Origin: Octopus sinensis
Lineage: Eukaryota
Reading direction: 5' to 3'
DNA: 64,000 bases
Assembly (NCBI RefSeq): GCF_006345805.1
Contig: NC_042998.1
Location: 70,742,001 to 70,806,000 of the forward strand
In this document: positions 11,850-26,024 of the stretch, piece after piece
How the letters are laid out: every line of letters begins with the position of its first letter
Position numbering within the stretch: the stretch's first letter is position 1
Made by a program: the position numbers and the translations under genes
The notes under the pieces: model-generated
Told to the model about the DNA's origin: nothing
What the model saw: the letters and a program-made list of their open reading frames with translations, nothing else
The model's database searches: none

Positions 11850-13700
11850 ATTCTCAGCTCCAGCTACAGAACCTTAATTCAGTGGTGGACCATAACTGAT
11901 GCATGACACTCGATTGCAAGTACATGCGCATGGCCTTTCAATAGTTCTTAGGTCGATTCTTCGGGAGAAAACACAAGCCGGAACGCAGGGTACATTTCAG
12001 TGCCTACCTTGCCGGCCTGCACAGATTTCGATAAGAGACGTGGAGTGTTGCGATAAGAATAGCTACAGGAATAGGAGAAGCGATGATTGACTGCCTGGTC
12101 GGTGGGTGGAGTGAAGTTGCATTGGCAAATAGCTTGGTTTGGCTTCTCTGTCCTACAAAGTTTACTTTTATATGCCAGGCTTGTTTGGAGATCATTTGGC
12201 AGATATCTAACGTAACTCAGATATTGGCAGAAAAATTTTCAGTTCTCTGAGTTGGCCCATAACATTGTTAAACACAGAATTCAAAACTTTGGCCAAGACG
12301 TTAGCAATGATATTAGCACTTGTCGTGGAGTGGGCTAACTAGCAATGCATAAACCATGCGCTCTCCTTAACAGATCAATCGATGAAATCCGCCACCTCAG
12401 GCGATGCATCAGAGAGATTAAGTAGTATATCCGATATGGCCGGTGCTCCGATCTATTTTGTTCAATCAAAAGTTTTCGATAAGGTCGATTACCAATACTT
12501 GGCGGGCGTTGTCATGACGACCGGTTTCAGTTCCGTCTAACATAATTAGATTGCCGCACTATACAACGACATCCGTTCGGTGATTAGTATGATTGATGAC
12601 CTTTCGGAGCCATTCGATTGATGACCTCTCCGAATCATTCGCCAAGACCTTCTACTCTCATCTCTTCTGCATGCATGGGTTCTTCAGTTACTGTTGCCAA
12701 AAGTGCAGTCGTTGAAGGGCACCCTGCACTGATTAGGATCTGGAAGAAGTGTGTGGTATATTCTGGCAACTAACCATCGTAGTGTCGGGCACCAGGCACA
12801 TTGAGGTGATCGGCACTGCTCTAAAGGACTAAGATACAGTGACAGGAGCAAAAAATTAACCAAGAAAAATCAGCGAGCCTGCAGTTCGGTACCTAGTGAG
12901 CTGGGTACCTGGCGTCCAACAGAATTGTAAGAACTAGATTGATGAGCCGGTTAAATTGTTCGAGGTCTGGTTTGGACCAAACCCCTAAGCAGAGAAGGCT
13001 TGGGAAGAGCTGATGAATAGGGTGGCTCATCTCACCAAAAAATGGGCTGAAGTAAAGCCATTCCTGAAATTTTGGGCTGTAGTAGCGAATACTTACATTA
13101 CCTCCATCAGATCGCACTGCTTGACCTTCGTATTTTGCCTCATTTCCCTTCTCACCAGAATGGAGTTCCTGTTCTTCCTCTTTGTGTGGAAAGAATGTGT
13201 TAAACTGACCAGACGCTCCATTTGTTATCAACCGCTGCCGAGTGGAAGACCGGGCATGTCATGACTGATAATACGCAGAAGGTGCGACATCCTCAGCATT
13301 TTCTTTTCGGTAAGTAGGTATGATCGCCGTTTGTCCAATCCATTTTCTGTATCTCATCGCTTTGCCGGAGCTGCAGTCGTGGATAAAGCGTAAACCGAGG
13401 CCCGGTGCTTGGCATCATCAGGCACTCATAGCTCTGTGACAGTCGAGTAATGCGGCCGGTGGAATTTCTAGCTTAGCGTTCTATTCAGGTTTAGTGATGG
13501 GTAAGAGCGATATTGCTCTCAAGCCGCTCAGTTCACTAGAAACTGTGGTAACATACAACGATTGATAAGTTTATCGTTATAGCAGAATTTAAACCCTAAA
13601 CCACTCTACTTGCACTTCTATCTCCACATCAGCAGATGTATTAGTAAAATGGGAGGCACGCGCTGCAACAGCATGCCACCGCATCCACCGTTTGCTAGTG
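11850..13700 (+). pseudogene. old decayed L1/Tx1 ORF2 (RT domain and downstream)
   Basis: WPITLLNTEFKTLAK, QSKVFDKVDYQYL, VWFGP, WEELMNRVAHLTKKWAE, LFVWK...RRSIC with many stops and frameshifts. Confidence 0.8.
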
Positions 13701-13924
13701 ATTTCCTACTCCTCCTGATAGATGACATCTTTACACCACTCACGCAACAACCCTCCAACCCATGGTTCTGTTTGGATTGTCGTTGTTGATGAGGGTTTTA
13801 AGAGGTTAGGGGATAAATCCTATCTCGACTGATTTTAGCCACCGTTTACGACACGCAAAGGTGGATCTATTCTTTGACATACCGGTTCCCACAGATGCTA
13901 GTCTCCGAAAAACGATTTATGAAA

Positions 13925-13981
<57 letters not shown>

Positions 13982-15912
13982 GTATATGTATCTGTATATG
14001 TGTGCATGTATCTCTCAATCGCACAGTTGTTTATCAGAACATTTTCACATAGCGGCTATAGAGGGACATAGGTAGGTCCACATACTTTCATATACTCTAC
14101 ACATATATACACACAATCATGCTCATAAATGTGAGTGACGCTTATGGTTGTGTTTGTTAAAATGTTCATAGCACAGCCAAATGGTTCAGATTTTCATGTA
14201 ACGAGTGACATTTTAGTTGCTCAGCCTTTTGAATGGTTTCATTTGTGAAGGCGGCAACGTTGGTTATGTTGAGAGGAATTTTAAAACATCCATATCTTAG
14301 TTCTTTTTTTTTTGGTTTTTGCTTCTCTTTGAATGGACGCTACTAGCCTGTGGCTATTTTTTCCAAGTAGAAGTTAATAGAGGTGGCACCACAGAGCTGA
14401 ATTAACCGTCCATTCGCATTTCAATTATCTTGAACTACAAGACACTTTTAAATTTAAACTAAAAGAGAAATCAATTTGCAGTATTCTATTTTTTTGCTAT
14501 TTTCTCCATTCCAGATATACTTATTTTCCACTTCCTTCTAACTTAAGTGACCTTATTCAGGCTCATCCTGTATGATACTCTGAGAGAAACGTTAATTCAA
14601 GGACATTCTATAAAGCTATTTTTACAGCACATGCACCGCTGTGTTCACTTTACAAACACAGATAATTATATATAATGCATGTTTCTGTAACACGTTTTAC
14701 TAAATTTAGTAAATGGAATCTATCATTTTCGTTTGTATGGATTTTTGTTCCAAAAATATATATCACAACCTATTAAAGAGTACGTGTTATTTAACTACTT
14801 TGAATTATAGCACAACTAGACCTGAAGACGTCTACACTTATGGTGGTAATAACATTATTATTTTATCAGTGGTTTCATAATTTATCATTTTATCAGCGGT
14901 TCCATATTTCCTACACACTTGTAAGTGGAATTTGGTATAGAGAAGCTGTGCTTTGTGCAACAGCGGTGCTATAATACAATAAGAAAGCATTACCAGCATA
15001 GTAGCAGCAGAAAACAACATAGCAGCATCAATAGCAACAACAGTAAAACAACAAGATGCAAAATTATCAGCAACAGTTCTGCAGCTGCAGCGGCAGCAGT
15101 TGTGACACTAGTGTTTCATGACATGATAAGACAACAATCCCAAGTGTGCATGTGCGTGTAGGGGGAAGGGAAAAGTTGAGTATCTAATTGGAAAGCTTTA
15201 AACATAAATGTAGAAATGTAATAAATATCTTTGTCTTATGCTAAAACTAACGTTGAAGATTCGATATAATCTATGGCAGTGAAACGTGAACAGAAGCGTT
15301 TAATGGAAGAGGGCGTGGTTTGTGGTTTGTAGTAAAACTTGTTACCGTTAGGGCGACCATTTTGTTCCAGCATATTTCGTCTCAGATCTGCAAACTGTTA
15401 CAAACCGATGTGCTATTAAGGCACAGTTTTCCAAAAACTATATGATCAGTTGCCTTTTTTCCTATATGTAGTGACATATGGTTGGCGAAGTTGTTATTGT
15501 TTTTGACCTGACACCATTTACAGTCGTTACCGTTTTCTTTGTTATTACTACCGTTATTGTCAGCATGTTTGTAAGTTTTATCGTGATTCGTGTTATTACT
15601 ATTTTATTTGTCTCTAATTTTCTTCTTAATGCCATTAGTGCTGTTGCTATGAGATAACCTTTTTTTTTTTGGAATTATATTGTGGCTTCTATTTTAAATA
15701 CTTGTTGTAGTTTATATTATCTATGTTGTTACAATTGTGTCAATCTACTAGCAGGTTCCTCTTTCTATGATATCTCTCTGTCACTCTTTCTCTCGCTCAC
15801 TCACTCTCTCTCTCCCTATATATGTGTGTGGTGTGTGTGTGTGTGTGTTTGAGTTTATTTATAATCAAAACATTTTGAAGGATTACTCTATACTCTTTTA
15901 GAGACAAAATTT

Positions 15913-16042
15913 ATTATTCTAAAAACAAGAATATTATCAACAGTGACTTTGAAGTTCGAGACAGCTAAGCCATAGTCCGACGATCACTTAGCTGGCCGAA
16001 ACTTCGCAGTTGCTGTCAATGATGTTCTTGTTTAAGAATAAT
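15913..16042. repeat. imperfect foldback hairpin, ~56-bp arms, ~18-nt loop
   Basis: ATTATTCT..AACAAGAA...CAGCTAAG versus CTTAGCTG...TTCTTGTTTAAGAATAAT. Confidence 0.8.
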
Positions 16043-16329
16043 GTGTGTGTCTGTGGGCGTGCGTGTGTGTTTATGAGTGTGTGTGTGGTGTGTGTGTGTG
16101 TGCGCGCGTATGTGTATGTGTGTGCGCGCGTATGTGTATGTGTGTGCGCGCGCGCGTATATGTATGTGTGTGTGCGCACGTATCTGATTTATTTTCAGTA
16201 AAGTTATTTTCTGTAAATATTCCTCCCTCTTGTCTCACGTCCTTCCATTCAACTTCATTTGTGAACCCAATCACTCAAGCATGGCCCGAATTAGATTACA
16301 GTTCACACATATGTAAAAGAGAATTTAGT

Positions 16330-16860
16330 TGATTGGCAGAGACATGGTCTGTAACAAATTGCAACTACTCTTTCACGTGTTTCTCATTATCCTCTCCCCA
16401 GCCCTTCTGCCGTCTCTGGTTTCCGTTTTTCTTAATTCTCACTTCACACATTACCTTCACTTCGGCCCACCTGCCACTGAGCTTTTCTTCAATTCATCAT
16501 CTTTATTGTCCTGTTTACCTCAGATACTAAACACTTTTCTAAACCCTACCCTACCGCCTTGTTGCATCTTCCATAATTCTATCACTGTTCACGTTTTTCT
16601 TTTCTAAAAGTGCCAACATTAGCTTATTAAATAGGACACAAACTTCATTAAACTGACCTGCCACCTTATTCCTCATTAATTTATACAAATTTGTCAGAAA
16701 TTCACATCTAAGAAATAGTGATTGACAGCGACTGAAACTAAACATTTCACAAACGATTTTCCTCACTCACACAGACTTCGATAGCTATTATCCTTTCACA
16801 ATCTTACACAGCCATACTTCTCACACGACATTCTCGTTCAAACAGTCTTCTTGTGGTAGT
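16330..16860 (-). pseudogene. possible highly decayed LINE 3' remnant
   Basis: Only weak resemblance to an RTE-like C-terminus (GIRWQVSLM, GRVG); strong pyrimidine skew. Confidence 0.3.
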
Positions 16861-18094
16861 AGCATCTGACCTTGATACTCGAACTAATGAATAAAAATGC
16901 ATTTCTCTCATCTGAAAATATTTCCTAAGATTTACCGTGATAGCAGATTTTTATTAATATCCATCGGCTTTACTCGGTTATGAACCGGCGTCTATACTTT
17001 AGCATTAACTCAAGCCTTATATAATATGTTTATTGATTATGATATGATAGGGCAGCACGAATTAGTAACGGTAAAATAGCCAGCTAGATCTGTTCATTAT
17101 AAGACAAGCATTGAATTGTCCATTTAGAATTGGTATAACGTAATTATTTCTTTCTCACCTTACCGAAGGCACAAGGCATCCGGTGCCTTTATGTTTTCAT
17201 GAAAAGCGATTTGAAATTACATTTTCGTCACCGATAATTTAAATTAGGACCCAACAATTCTGCTATTGATACCAAGTTAAGAAATTTCGGATTTCCAACG
17301 ACGATAGCTGCAGCAAATAATCAAGAGGGAGTTTGCATTACATGCAATAAAATTTCGGTATTGATCACAATCTTTCCTTGTGGTTAAATATTTCGATAAA
17401 GATTACTTACAAGGAAATAAAACTGAAGAAATTGAAGTGGAGGTACAAGAAAACCAAAGCTGTCGTAAACTGCATGTATTTCCGTCGAATAGAAACTACG
17501 AAAGAATAGCAAAAGTCATGTAGTCTCGAGAGAGCTGGAAGATATCAAAGAAAATGTCACAACCTTTGAATAGATTTGCATTTCAAGAGTTGTATTAAAA
17601 GGAATTCTTTGCTTCACATAGCATTTGTCTATTGTTATTCCATACTGTTATTATTACTGTTTACTGTTTTTCTTTCCCTCATCGCTATTGTTTTCGTTGG
17701 AACGTTAGAGACTTTCATGACAGAATGTCTTCTCCGTTTGTATTAACTTGCTTCATTAGTTGTGCCTCGAGTGCAAAACTTGCAATCGGCCTCTTCTCTG
17801 TACACAGATGCAAACAAATGCACACAAATACATGTAGGTCCACAAAATACATATTATGCAACATGTCTTTTTCTTTGTTCTCTGATTTTATGGAAACCAA
17901 TTCATCATCAGCCAAAATTTAAAACCAAGACATCGTGAATATGGTGTGACACTGAATAATGTATTAAGTTGCATAATGCATAATACTTTGAAAATTTGAT
18001 AACTTATCTGAATTTAATCTACGAGACAGTTACTGCAGTTATTCTTTTAATCATCTATTCTTTTACTGAAACACTTTCTTTAACGAATAATAGA

Positions 18095-18246
18095 TAACAC
18101 ACGTCATAGTACCTAATTTTCGAACTAGAGAGGGATGAAAAGCAAAGTGAACCTGAGTGAGATATGAACTTAGAACGTAAAAAGACGTAACAGAATACAT
18201 GAGTATTTTTTGCCCGACGTTCTTATAAATTTGCTATCCCCTCGCC
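18095..18246 (-). mobile_element. family C SINE, degenerate 5' portion
   Basis: Reverse complement resembles GGCGAG...TTACGTTCTAAGTTCA...GCTTTTCATCCC. Confidence 0.6.
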
Positions 18247-18419
18247 AGCAAGTCTCAACTGTATGTTTTCTGTTTTCTATCATCCTTAATTACTATGCTT
18301 TAAAACACTCCACACCCACTGCATCTATATATACGCTAAATATCTATACACTATGAAAACTTTATACTTCCGACACTGTGTCATTGTGGATTCGTCGGAG
18401 GGGACCTGTTTGTGTGAAG

Positions 18420-19380
18420 AAGGTGAGGGTTATGCTGAGGACATGTTAATGAGAATATGATGAGATGGACATTGTCGTGAAGACATAAGCAGAGATTATA
18501 CTAGCGAAGCTATAGTACTAGGAATAGATTAGTGTTCATATATTGTCGATGATGTCTCGTGCAAAATTTGCTGATGACACGTGAGTGATGACATATTTGT
18601 GTGGGTACGTTACTGTAGATATATTAGTGAGGACATGTTAGTGTAGGTATACCAACGAGAGAACATTTTGGTGTGTGTATGTTGTCGAAAACATGTTGCT
18701 GAGAATATATTAACGGGGGCATGTTAGTGTAAAAGAACAAATCCCTTCGGGGGAAGACGTGGTACTGATGGTAGCTAAATAACTTGAAATGTATTCGTCG
18801 GTGTACAGTGGACGCCCTCAAATGATTATTGATGTTTTAATACCAACCAAAAGTGAGAATTTTCCCCACGGTAAACCGTAGTGAAAGTAGCATTCTTATA
18901 TGTCAAAAGCATTCCAAACATATTTGTACTAATGTGAAAGTATGTTTAATTCGCAACTCTACTTTCGTGTGCCTACTATGTACATTCTAGAAATGTTTAT
19001 GAAAGCATGATGAGGCTTTGGTGGTGAGGATATATTGTCGAGGACTTGTGAGTGAGAACATTTTGGATGGCAGGCATGTTTTAGTGAGAACATATTCGTT
19101 TGGATAGATTGCTGAGGATATGTTGGTGGGGAGACTGTAGCGAAGACATAGCAGCATGATATGAGAGTATGTATGGTTTTGAGGTCATACTGAATAATAA
19201 TGATGAAGAGATCTTAGTGAGGGGTGTATTGTAGTGAGGACATATGTATGTGGACACGTTGGTGAGGAGATCTTAATGTGAACATAGTGTATAAATGTCA
19301 ACACGTTGGCATGAATATACAAGCAAATAGACATCTTAGAGAGTATAGGGTACAAAGATATCTTAGTGTGACAGCTTCCT
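18420..19380. repeat. degenerate ~14-bp minisatellite in two blocks
   Basis: Recurrent variants of TAGTGAGGACATRT (gctgaggacatgtta, tagtgaggacatgtta, gtgagaacatatt, gtagtgaggacatat). Confidence 0.65.
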
Positions 19381-19701
19381 GAAAATTATCTGTTTGTTAT
19401 AGCAATATATTTTAACGAAGGGAGTTTCACCGTATATTGGGGGTGTTTTAATGGTGGGTTATCTTAAGGACGGTGATATTTGTGACATTGTGACATGACT
19501 TGGTGGCGTGGGAATATGTAACTAATCAATGACATCATCTTCTTCTGTCTAAACCATTCCACTTGCGCTTCTACATCTTTCTTGCATAAGACTCCAAGAG
19601 AATAATAATAGCGCCAACTATTTGGAAAATATCAAGAGCTACAATTAATACAATTGCAATCACTACTACTACTACTACTACTACTGCTACTACTACTACT
19701 G

Positions 19702-19745
<44 letters not shown>

Positions 19746-19969
19746 GTGAATGTTACTGTGAATGTTGCCACTGTTACTAGTATTAAAATATTAAAAAATA
19801 TCTAGCTATTTCGCAGAATCCTAATTCTTTGTTAAAGAATAATTAAATACATTCATAAAAGAAGTCTTCAGAAATAGATCGTTATCTTCTGAAGCAATGC
19901 AGCCTCCTACCATTCTTTACTTCATCCCGGGGACAAATATTTCTATTTAAAACAAATCTTTCTGTAATT

Positions 19970-20034
<65 letters not shown>

Positions 20035-20823
20035 GTTTCTTCTTCGATGGAACTACTGAGTCACCGAAAACGATATAAAGAAGAAACAAGCTGAAAAAAA
20101 AAATCAGATATTCTGCTGTATTGTCTGTAAGAGAAAACAGATTATAACGTAACGTTAGGAGACATTGGTAATTTTACTTCGACAATTTTTAGCGGAATCC
20201 TGAGACACACATACAAAGGAAATCAGAGGCTATTTCTGCAACATCTAAACAAAAAAAAAAAAGTCGTCATTTATGAATTAATACAATGTTTTATTATTGT
20301 GAAAAGTTTGGTGCCAGTTGTACCTTTTCCTCCTTTTCTTTCATTTCCATTGCTATGAGAAATATTTCTCAACTTATTTCTTTATTCCAAACGTACAAGT
20401 AATTATTATCACGGAAAACAGCATTTGAATTTTGTATTCTTTAAGAGATGTTTTACTTTTGTGTACGATCGACAAAAAACAACTGAAAAGTAAATTAGAG
20501 TATCAGGATATTTTATAATGTACACAAACAAAAGTATGAAAATCAACGGCACGTTGTTTAAAAAATATGTTGGACGTATAATCCATTTTGTGGTTCTTTA
20601 TCTTCATATTTCCTTATCATTGAAATTCCTGGGATCTCAAATAATGAGAATAGCATGACAAGATAAAAGTTCCCGGCTAGCTGATGATTTGACAAATTTT
20701 ATCCTGACAAAATTCTGCCAATGACACAGTTTCGATTTTCAATTGAAATAATTTCACTTTCGCGAGTGATGCACTTTAAAAAAACATTTTTTCAATATCC
20801 TATGCCGTAAAAAGATCCAAGGG

Positions 20824-20859
<36 letters not shown>

Positions 20860-20930
20860 AGAGAGGGAGAGAAATGTGTATGTTATTAGGCTTTGCTATA
20901 TGTATATATATATATATGTATATATATATA

Positions 20931-20978
<48 letters not shown>

Positions 20979-21032
20979 TATATATATATATATATATTAT
21001 ATATGTATATATATATATTATATATATATATG

Positions 21033-21071
<39 letters not shown>

Positions 21072-21075
<4 letters not shown>

Positions 21076-21250
21076 GTTGAAATTTACAGAAAAGCAAAAG
21101 ACGAAGACAGGTGTATAAACAACAAGCAGGTGTAATGTTTGACGCTCAGGAAGGTGAGAAAGTCTTTTACGTTTCGAACCTACCCACTTCAACAGAAAGG
21201 AAAACAAGGAAATAAACAGAGAGAGAATATAAAAAATTGTGGACTTAGCG

Positions 21251-21252
<2 letters not shown>
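21072..21252 (-). mobile_element. solo 3' terminal (pLTR-like) fragment of the Neptune PLE family
   Basis: Reverse complement CTTTCTGTTGAAGTGGGTAGGTTCGAAACGTAAAAGACT...TTCCTGAGCG...CACCTGTCTTCGTCTTTTG matches 31690-31830. Confidence 0.8.
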
Positions 21253-21296
<44 letters not shown>

Positions 21297-21539
21297 GTTT
21301 GTGTATGTGTGTGTGTGTGTGTGTGTGTATAGTGTTAAGATTCTGCTCGATATATGGTCGTTTAATCTCTGGTATGTATACGAGGTTTAATCTATGTATA
21401 GTGTGTTTAGTCTCTGTGTTGTGCATGGTATATCTCTACTACGCGCACCGTGTTTACCAAGCCACTTTCATATCTGACCAGTGCATGGATATTTAGATAA
21501 TACGGATATTTAAATAAATATCCATATTAAATATTCTTT

Positions 21540-21745
21540 TCTACTCTTGGCACAAGGCCCGAAATTTGGGGGAAGGGGTCCAGTCGATTAGATTGATCCC
21601 ACTACGCAACTGGTGCTTAATTTATCGACCCCGAAAGGATGAAAGGAAAAGTCGACCACAGCGGAATGTGAACTCAGAACGTAAAGACAAGCGAAATACT
21701 TCTAAGCATTTTGCCCGGCGTGCTAACGTGTCTGCCAGCTCGCCA
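21540..21745 (-). mobile_element. family C SINE with the alternative tail
   Basis: Same head and central block as 10221; tail AAATTTCGGGCCTTGTGCCAAGAGTAG. Confidence 0.85.
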
Positions 21746-23166
21746 ACTTATCCATATTAAAGATTAACAGCTACCGACGTAAACTGACGATTTGTTTTGA
21801 CAAGACTTATCATACATAGGCAAAAGGCTACATTTGTAAGTAGTGGGACTCCATTTTATTTTGCATTAATGTCTTACTGAAAATTTGCTTTTCGTGTTAG
21901 CTTCAGCTTAGAGCATTCCGAATGTAACTACATAGCATGTACGTAGTCAATAAATGCTTCACTTAGAGATCTAAATACTGGTGTGAAACCTGAATATATT
22001 AGAAAATATTAGTCTTCCATGTATTTTACATTGCATTAACATCTTAATCCACCTGTTTCAGAAGAGTTTTCGAACCAGGAACCATGGCATACCTCTGCAT
22101 ACATTATTATTTACATGAAGATACGGAAAACAATAACCGAAGTTTTTCTCACGTTACATCTTGGCAGCAGTGTTGGTGAATACTAGAAACAAAACAAAGA
22201 AACCATGCCAGAAGGTGGTTCTGTTAAAACTATACGATAAACGCAATTAATAATAGAAAATTTCGTTAGGTTTTGAAAAAAAAATATCTTTGCCTAACCA
22301 AGAAAAGACTTAATAAAATTAAAAGAAACGAGGCCAATAATATGGAGCAAGATTTTATATGAAAAGAAGAAAAAAAATCAATGTTTTTCGCACACACACG
22401 GCAAACACAAATACGTTTGTGCTTGCTGGAGATATTTTATTAGAAGGATGAAAATTTGAATTATAACAATCATTCTGTTTACGTTCAACGTAAATTCGAT
22501 TGTAATATAAAAGTTTCTTTTTTTATACTGTATCATAACAAGAAAAACCTTCTAGGTGAGTTGATTATACGACCGGGTATCGATTTCCACTGGTGGCTAC
22601 TTCATAAACAACCTCTAATCAGAGACTGTGGTTATATAAGAAACCAATATAAAAATTTGTTTAATCGAAACAATAATGCCTTTTACTTCAAGGTGAAAAT
22701 AATTGATGACATCTTGGCCAATAAATAACTGATAATTAGTGAATCGAATTTATAGCAACAGAAATTGGTGTGTACACTGTAGGATTTGAAATGCGATCTA
22801 ATTACAGAAAGGAATTTAATCTGGTGTAGTACTGTTTCTGCCAATCAATGGTAGTCAATATAGGAATAGTTTCTTTCTTCAATATCGACCCTTCCCTGTT
22901 GAATCAGAGTTCAAATGACAAGAGTGATTATTGATAATTGATCTTCGGGTGTATCTACTAAGTATTTTATTTTATTCACTTGCTATATATCAGACAATAT
23001 ATCAGGAAAGCTGTTCGTGTGCGTTACACATTTCTCAAAGGGATTGCCCCTAGATATACGAGAGAAACAAATATGGGGATCAGTCAAGTAAAAGACGCCG
23101 GAGGGGAATTTTCTTCTTCGACAGCCCTCACTTTGTTGATTCTACGTTGACAGGTGCATCACTTAC

Positions 23167-23329
23167 CTATATATATGGCTGGGTTTACACAACCTCGAAG
23201 TGTACGTAATGACAGTAAAGCCATCCCGGAATCGTCTCCCATAGATAATTCCGGAATGACAATAAATGCAATATCCCCCATAGAGGGTGCAGAGCGAAAG
23301 GTCTTATAACTGGTGTGGTAGCAGGTGTC
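23167..23329 (-). other. candidate exon, unverified
   Basis: 163-nt open frame DTCYHTSYKTFRSAPSMGDIAFIVIPELSMGDDSGMALLSLRTLRGCVNPAIYI with consensus donor AG|GTAAGT; acceptor region abuts a LINE. Confidence 0.25.
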
Positions 23330-23354
23330 CTGTTGGCTACCGACATGGCAGAAA

Positions 23355-23962
23355 AGAATATTTTAAGAAAATTCTGCCCACTTTTCTTGATTTTGTCCTA
23401 TTCCAAAATACCCAGATACTTACATCCATTAGTTTCAATATCCTTGATTTTCTCTCAATTAGGTAGCTCTACACGATCAGACGACACTACTTTGCCTTTT
23501 TGTATTACAAGCATACCATACTTTTTAGTCCCATATTCCATTCCGATATCCTTATGTATATCTGCACTGTTGAAACTAAGTCATTTATTTCACGTTCGGT
23601 CTTCCCCCAAAATCTTTAAGTCATCAATATATGGCAGATGATTTAATTGTCCTCTACTTTTCAAGGTTTACCCCGATGTTACTTTCCGTAGTATCTGTAT
23701 GAGGGGTATCATACAAATCACAAACAGCGATGGTGATAGGCTATCTCCTTGAAATATGCCTCTCTTGATGTTAACCTTCGCTAAAAATATTCCATATGAA
23801 GTTAACTCTGTGTTCCAGTTCTTCATTGATTTCCTAATAAAATTTGTTGTTATTAGACACCTGTACCAGCTCAAGACTTTCTCAAATCCAGGAATCGGGA
23901 ACCATATCATCCGCTTTCTTATAATCGATCCAGCCATGCCCAGGTTAGTAAGTCTTTTCTTG
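23355..23962 (-). pseudogene. R4/Dong-clade LINE RT fragment
   Basis: IKRGIFQGDSLSPSLFV, NHLPYIDDLKIF, KYLGILE; 5' end abuts (AAC)/(AAT)n. Confidence 0.85.
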
Positions 23963-23979
23963 CAGTTGTTGTTGTTGTG

Positions 23980-24018
<39 letters not shown>

Positions 24019-24039
24019 GTTATTATTATTATTATTATT

Positions 24040-24516
24040 GAGTGAGAGAGCAGTTCATGCCATCAAAGTGACACTGGGGTAAAATATACGAAGCCCAATA
24101 TACCCATCATGACTACCCGTCTGATAAGGGTACACCAGGCACATGCATCACAACCATATGTGCGCGACATGGTGATCTCATATCAAGATAAACAGCACAT
24201 GACCTTGCAGGTGGGGCCCAGTTAGAATTTTCTTCAGGTTGAGTAGCCCATCCCGCTCAAAAGGTCCCTAAATAAGGGTTGTTTAAGGATGTTGAAAGAA
24301 CCACCCATGTTTCCAGAGGTGAATTATTCAAACCCCAAAGAATCCCTCTCAACACATGGCTATGATGCTCCCCCACTACTTCTGCTCGTGATCAGAGATG
24401 CACATATCGTCAGCCACTAAGGGACATGCTCAACTGGTTAAGGTCAAACAACTGACAAGCAAATCTGTGGTATTGAGCAGAATATTTGCTGTAGCCCATC
24501 TTTTATACCAAGACAA

Positions 24517-24517
<1 letters not shown>
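24040..24517. mobile_element. 478-bp unclassified element embedded in (TTA)n
   Basis: Complex non-coding sequence with sharp (TTA)n boundaries on both sides; no tRNA boxes seen. Confidence 0.55.
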
Positions 24518-24590
<73 letters not shown>

Positions 24591-24950
24591 TATCATCATT
24601 ATTATTATTATCTTTTTTTAGGTCATGGCTGTAGTAGGTTAATGAGATTTGGTCTGACCTAAAGGACTTTTTATATGAACAAATGGGACGAATTGTACTT
24701 AAATAGTTTGAAAGTTATTACTGTGTACACTTCCGAGTAATTATGTTTGTAGACTATAGATTAGTAAAGAATGTCCCTAGCCAAGTAATGGTTATTAAGT
24801 AAAGTTCCTGGATTTGGTGCACTTGCAGGATTTAATAGACGTGTAATTAAATATTAACAGAGTTCGTAGATGTTAGCTGTGGCTAAATTTGGACAACCTT
24901 ATGGGTTATTGAGTATAGAACTGTACTAGGAATTTTTTATTACCCAATAG

Positions 24951-25455
24951 TCGTCGTCGTGACCCCCTTCGGTCATGAATTACCATGGGATTGAACCTAG
25001 AAACTTACCCTCCAAGGCACAAGTCTGGGCAGGGTTGTTTATGGAAGACCAGCAGTCGCCCATGCATACCAGCCTCCCCTCTCCACGTCACCGAATGTTA
25101 TCCAAGGGAAAGGCAAAGGCCAATACAGCTTGGCACCTGTGACGTCGCAGCTCATTTATTAACGTGCTCACAGACATGTGTACCCTTTACGTAGTTCTTG
25201 GGGAGATTCAGCGTGACACAGAGTGTGACAAGGCTGGCCGTTTGAAATACAAGTACAACAGAAACAGGAAGAAAGAGTGAGAGAAAGTTGTGGTAAAAGA
25301 GTACAGCAGGGTTCACTCATGCCCCTGCCGGAGACTCGTGGAGCTTTAGGTATTTTCGCTCAATATACACTCACAATGCCCGGTCTGGGAATCGAAACTG
25401 CGATCCTCCGACTGCGAATCCGCTGCCCTAACCACTGGGCCATTGCGCTTCCACT
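24951..25455 (-). mobile_element. family B SINE head joined to different 3' modules
   Basis: 25260-25455 matches the 8419 head; 24951-25260 is unrelated to the 8419 tail. Confidence 0.75.
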
Positions 25456-26024
25456 ACCCAATAGTAGTATCTTACAATCTCTAGATAAAAGCGAATAAAT
25501 GTTTGGCGATAGATTTAGCTAGATTATTGTTACATATAACTGTAAAGAAGGCTATGTATATTTTATGCAATTTCTCTCTGCTTTTTGTCACGGATTAGTT
25601 TTATATAGGAGAGGCTTTTCTTTCTAATCTATTGCAGAGTGTACATCACAACAAAATGTAACCACGACAAAGAATTATCTGTTGGTAGAGATGTATAATA
25701 GTCTACGGCATACCTTGCATACAGAATTGTTGATTATGTTTACTAAGATTATCCAAATGTTGGTTAGAGATGAATTTGCTTTGTAATATGGGTAGCAAAG
25801 TTTTATTTAAAAAGGTAAGTTAAGTAACACTGTATTCTATTGTAATTTTCAATTATAAAAATTTTAAAGGGATTCAACAGGATTTACCCTGAATGTTTCT
25901 GCTATGTAGCGATTAGGAAAAGAAGGTGAGTACATTTTCTCTGAGGAGCCGTCAACAAAACATACAGCTAGAGAGTCTCTCCGACTATATAACAGAACAT
26001 ATTATTAAAAATTACTTCGTTACT

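Noticed and set aside
23167-23200. CVNPAIY as a GPCR NPxxY motif
   Set aside because: Spacing to a putative TM6 proline is too short and no other helices were found
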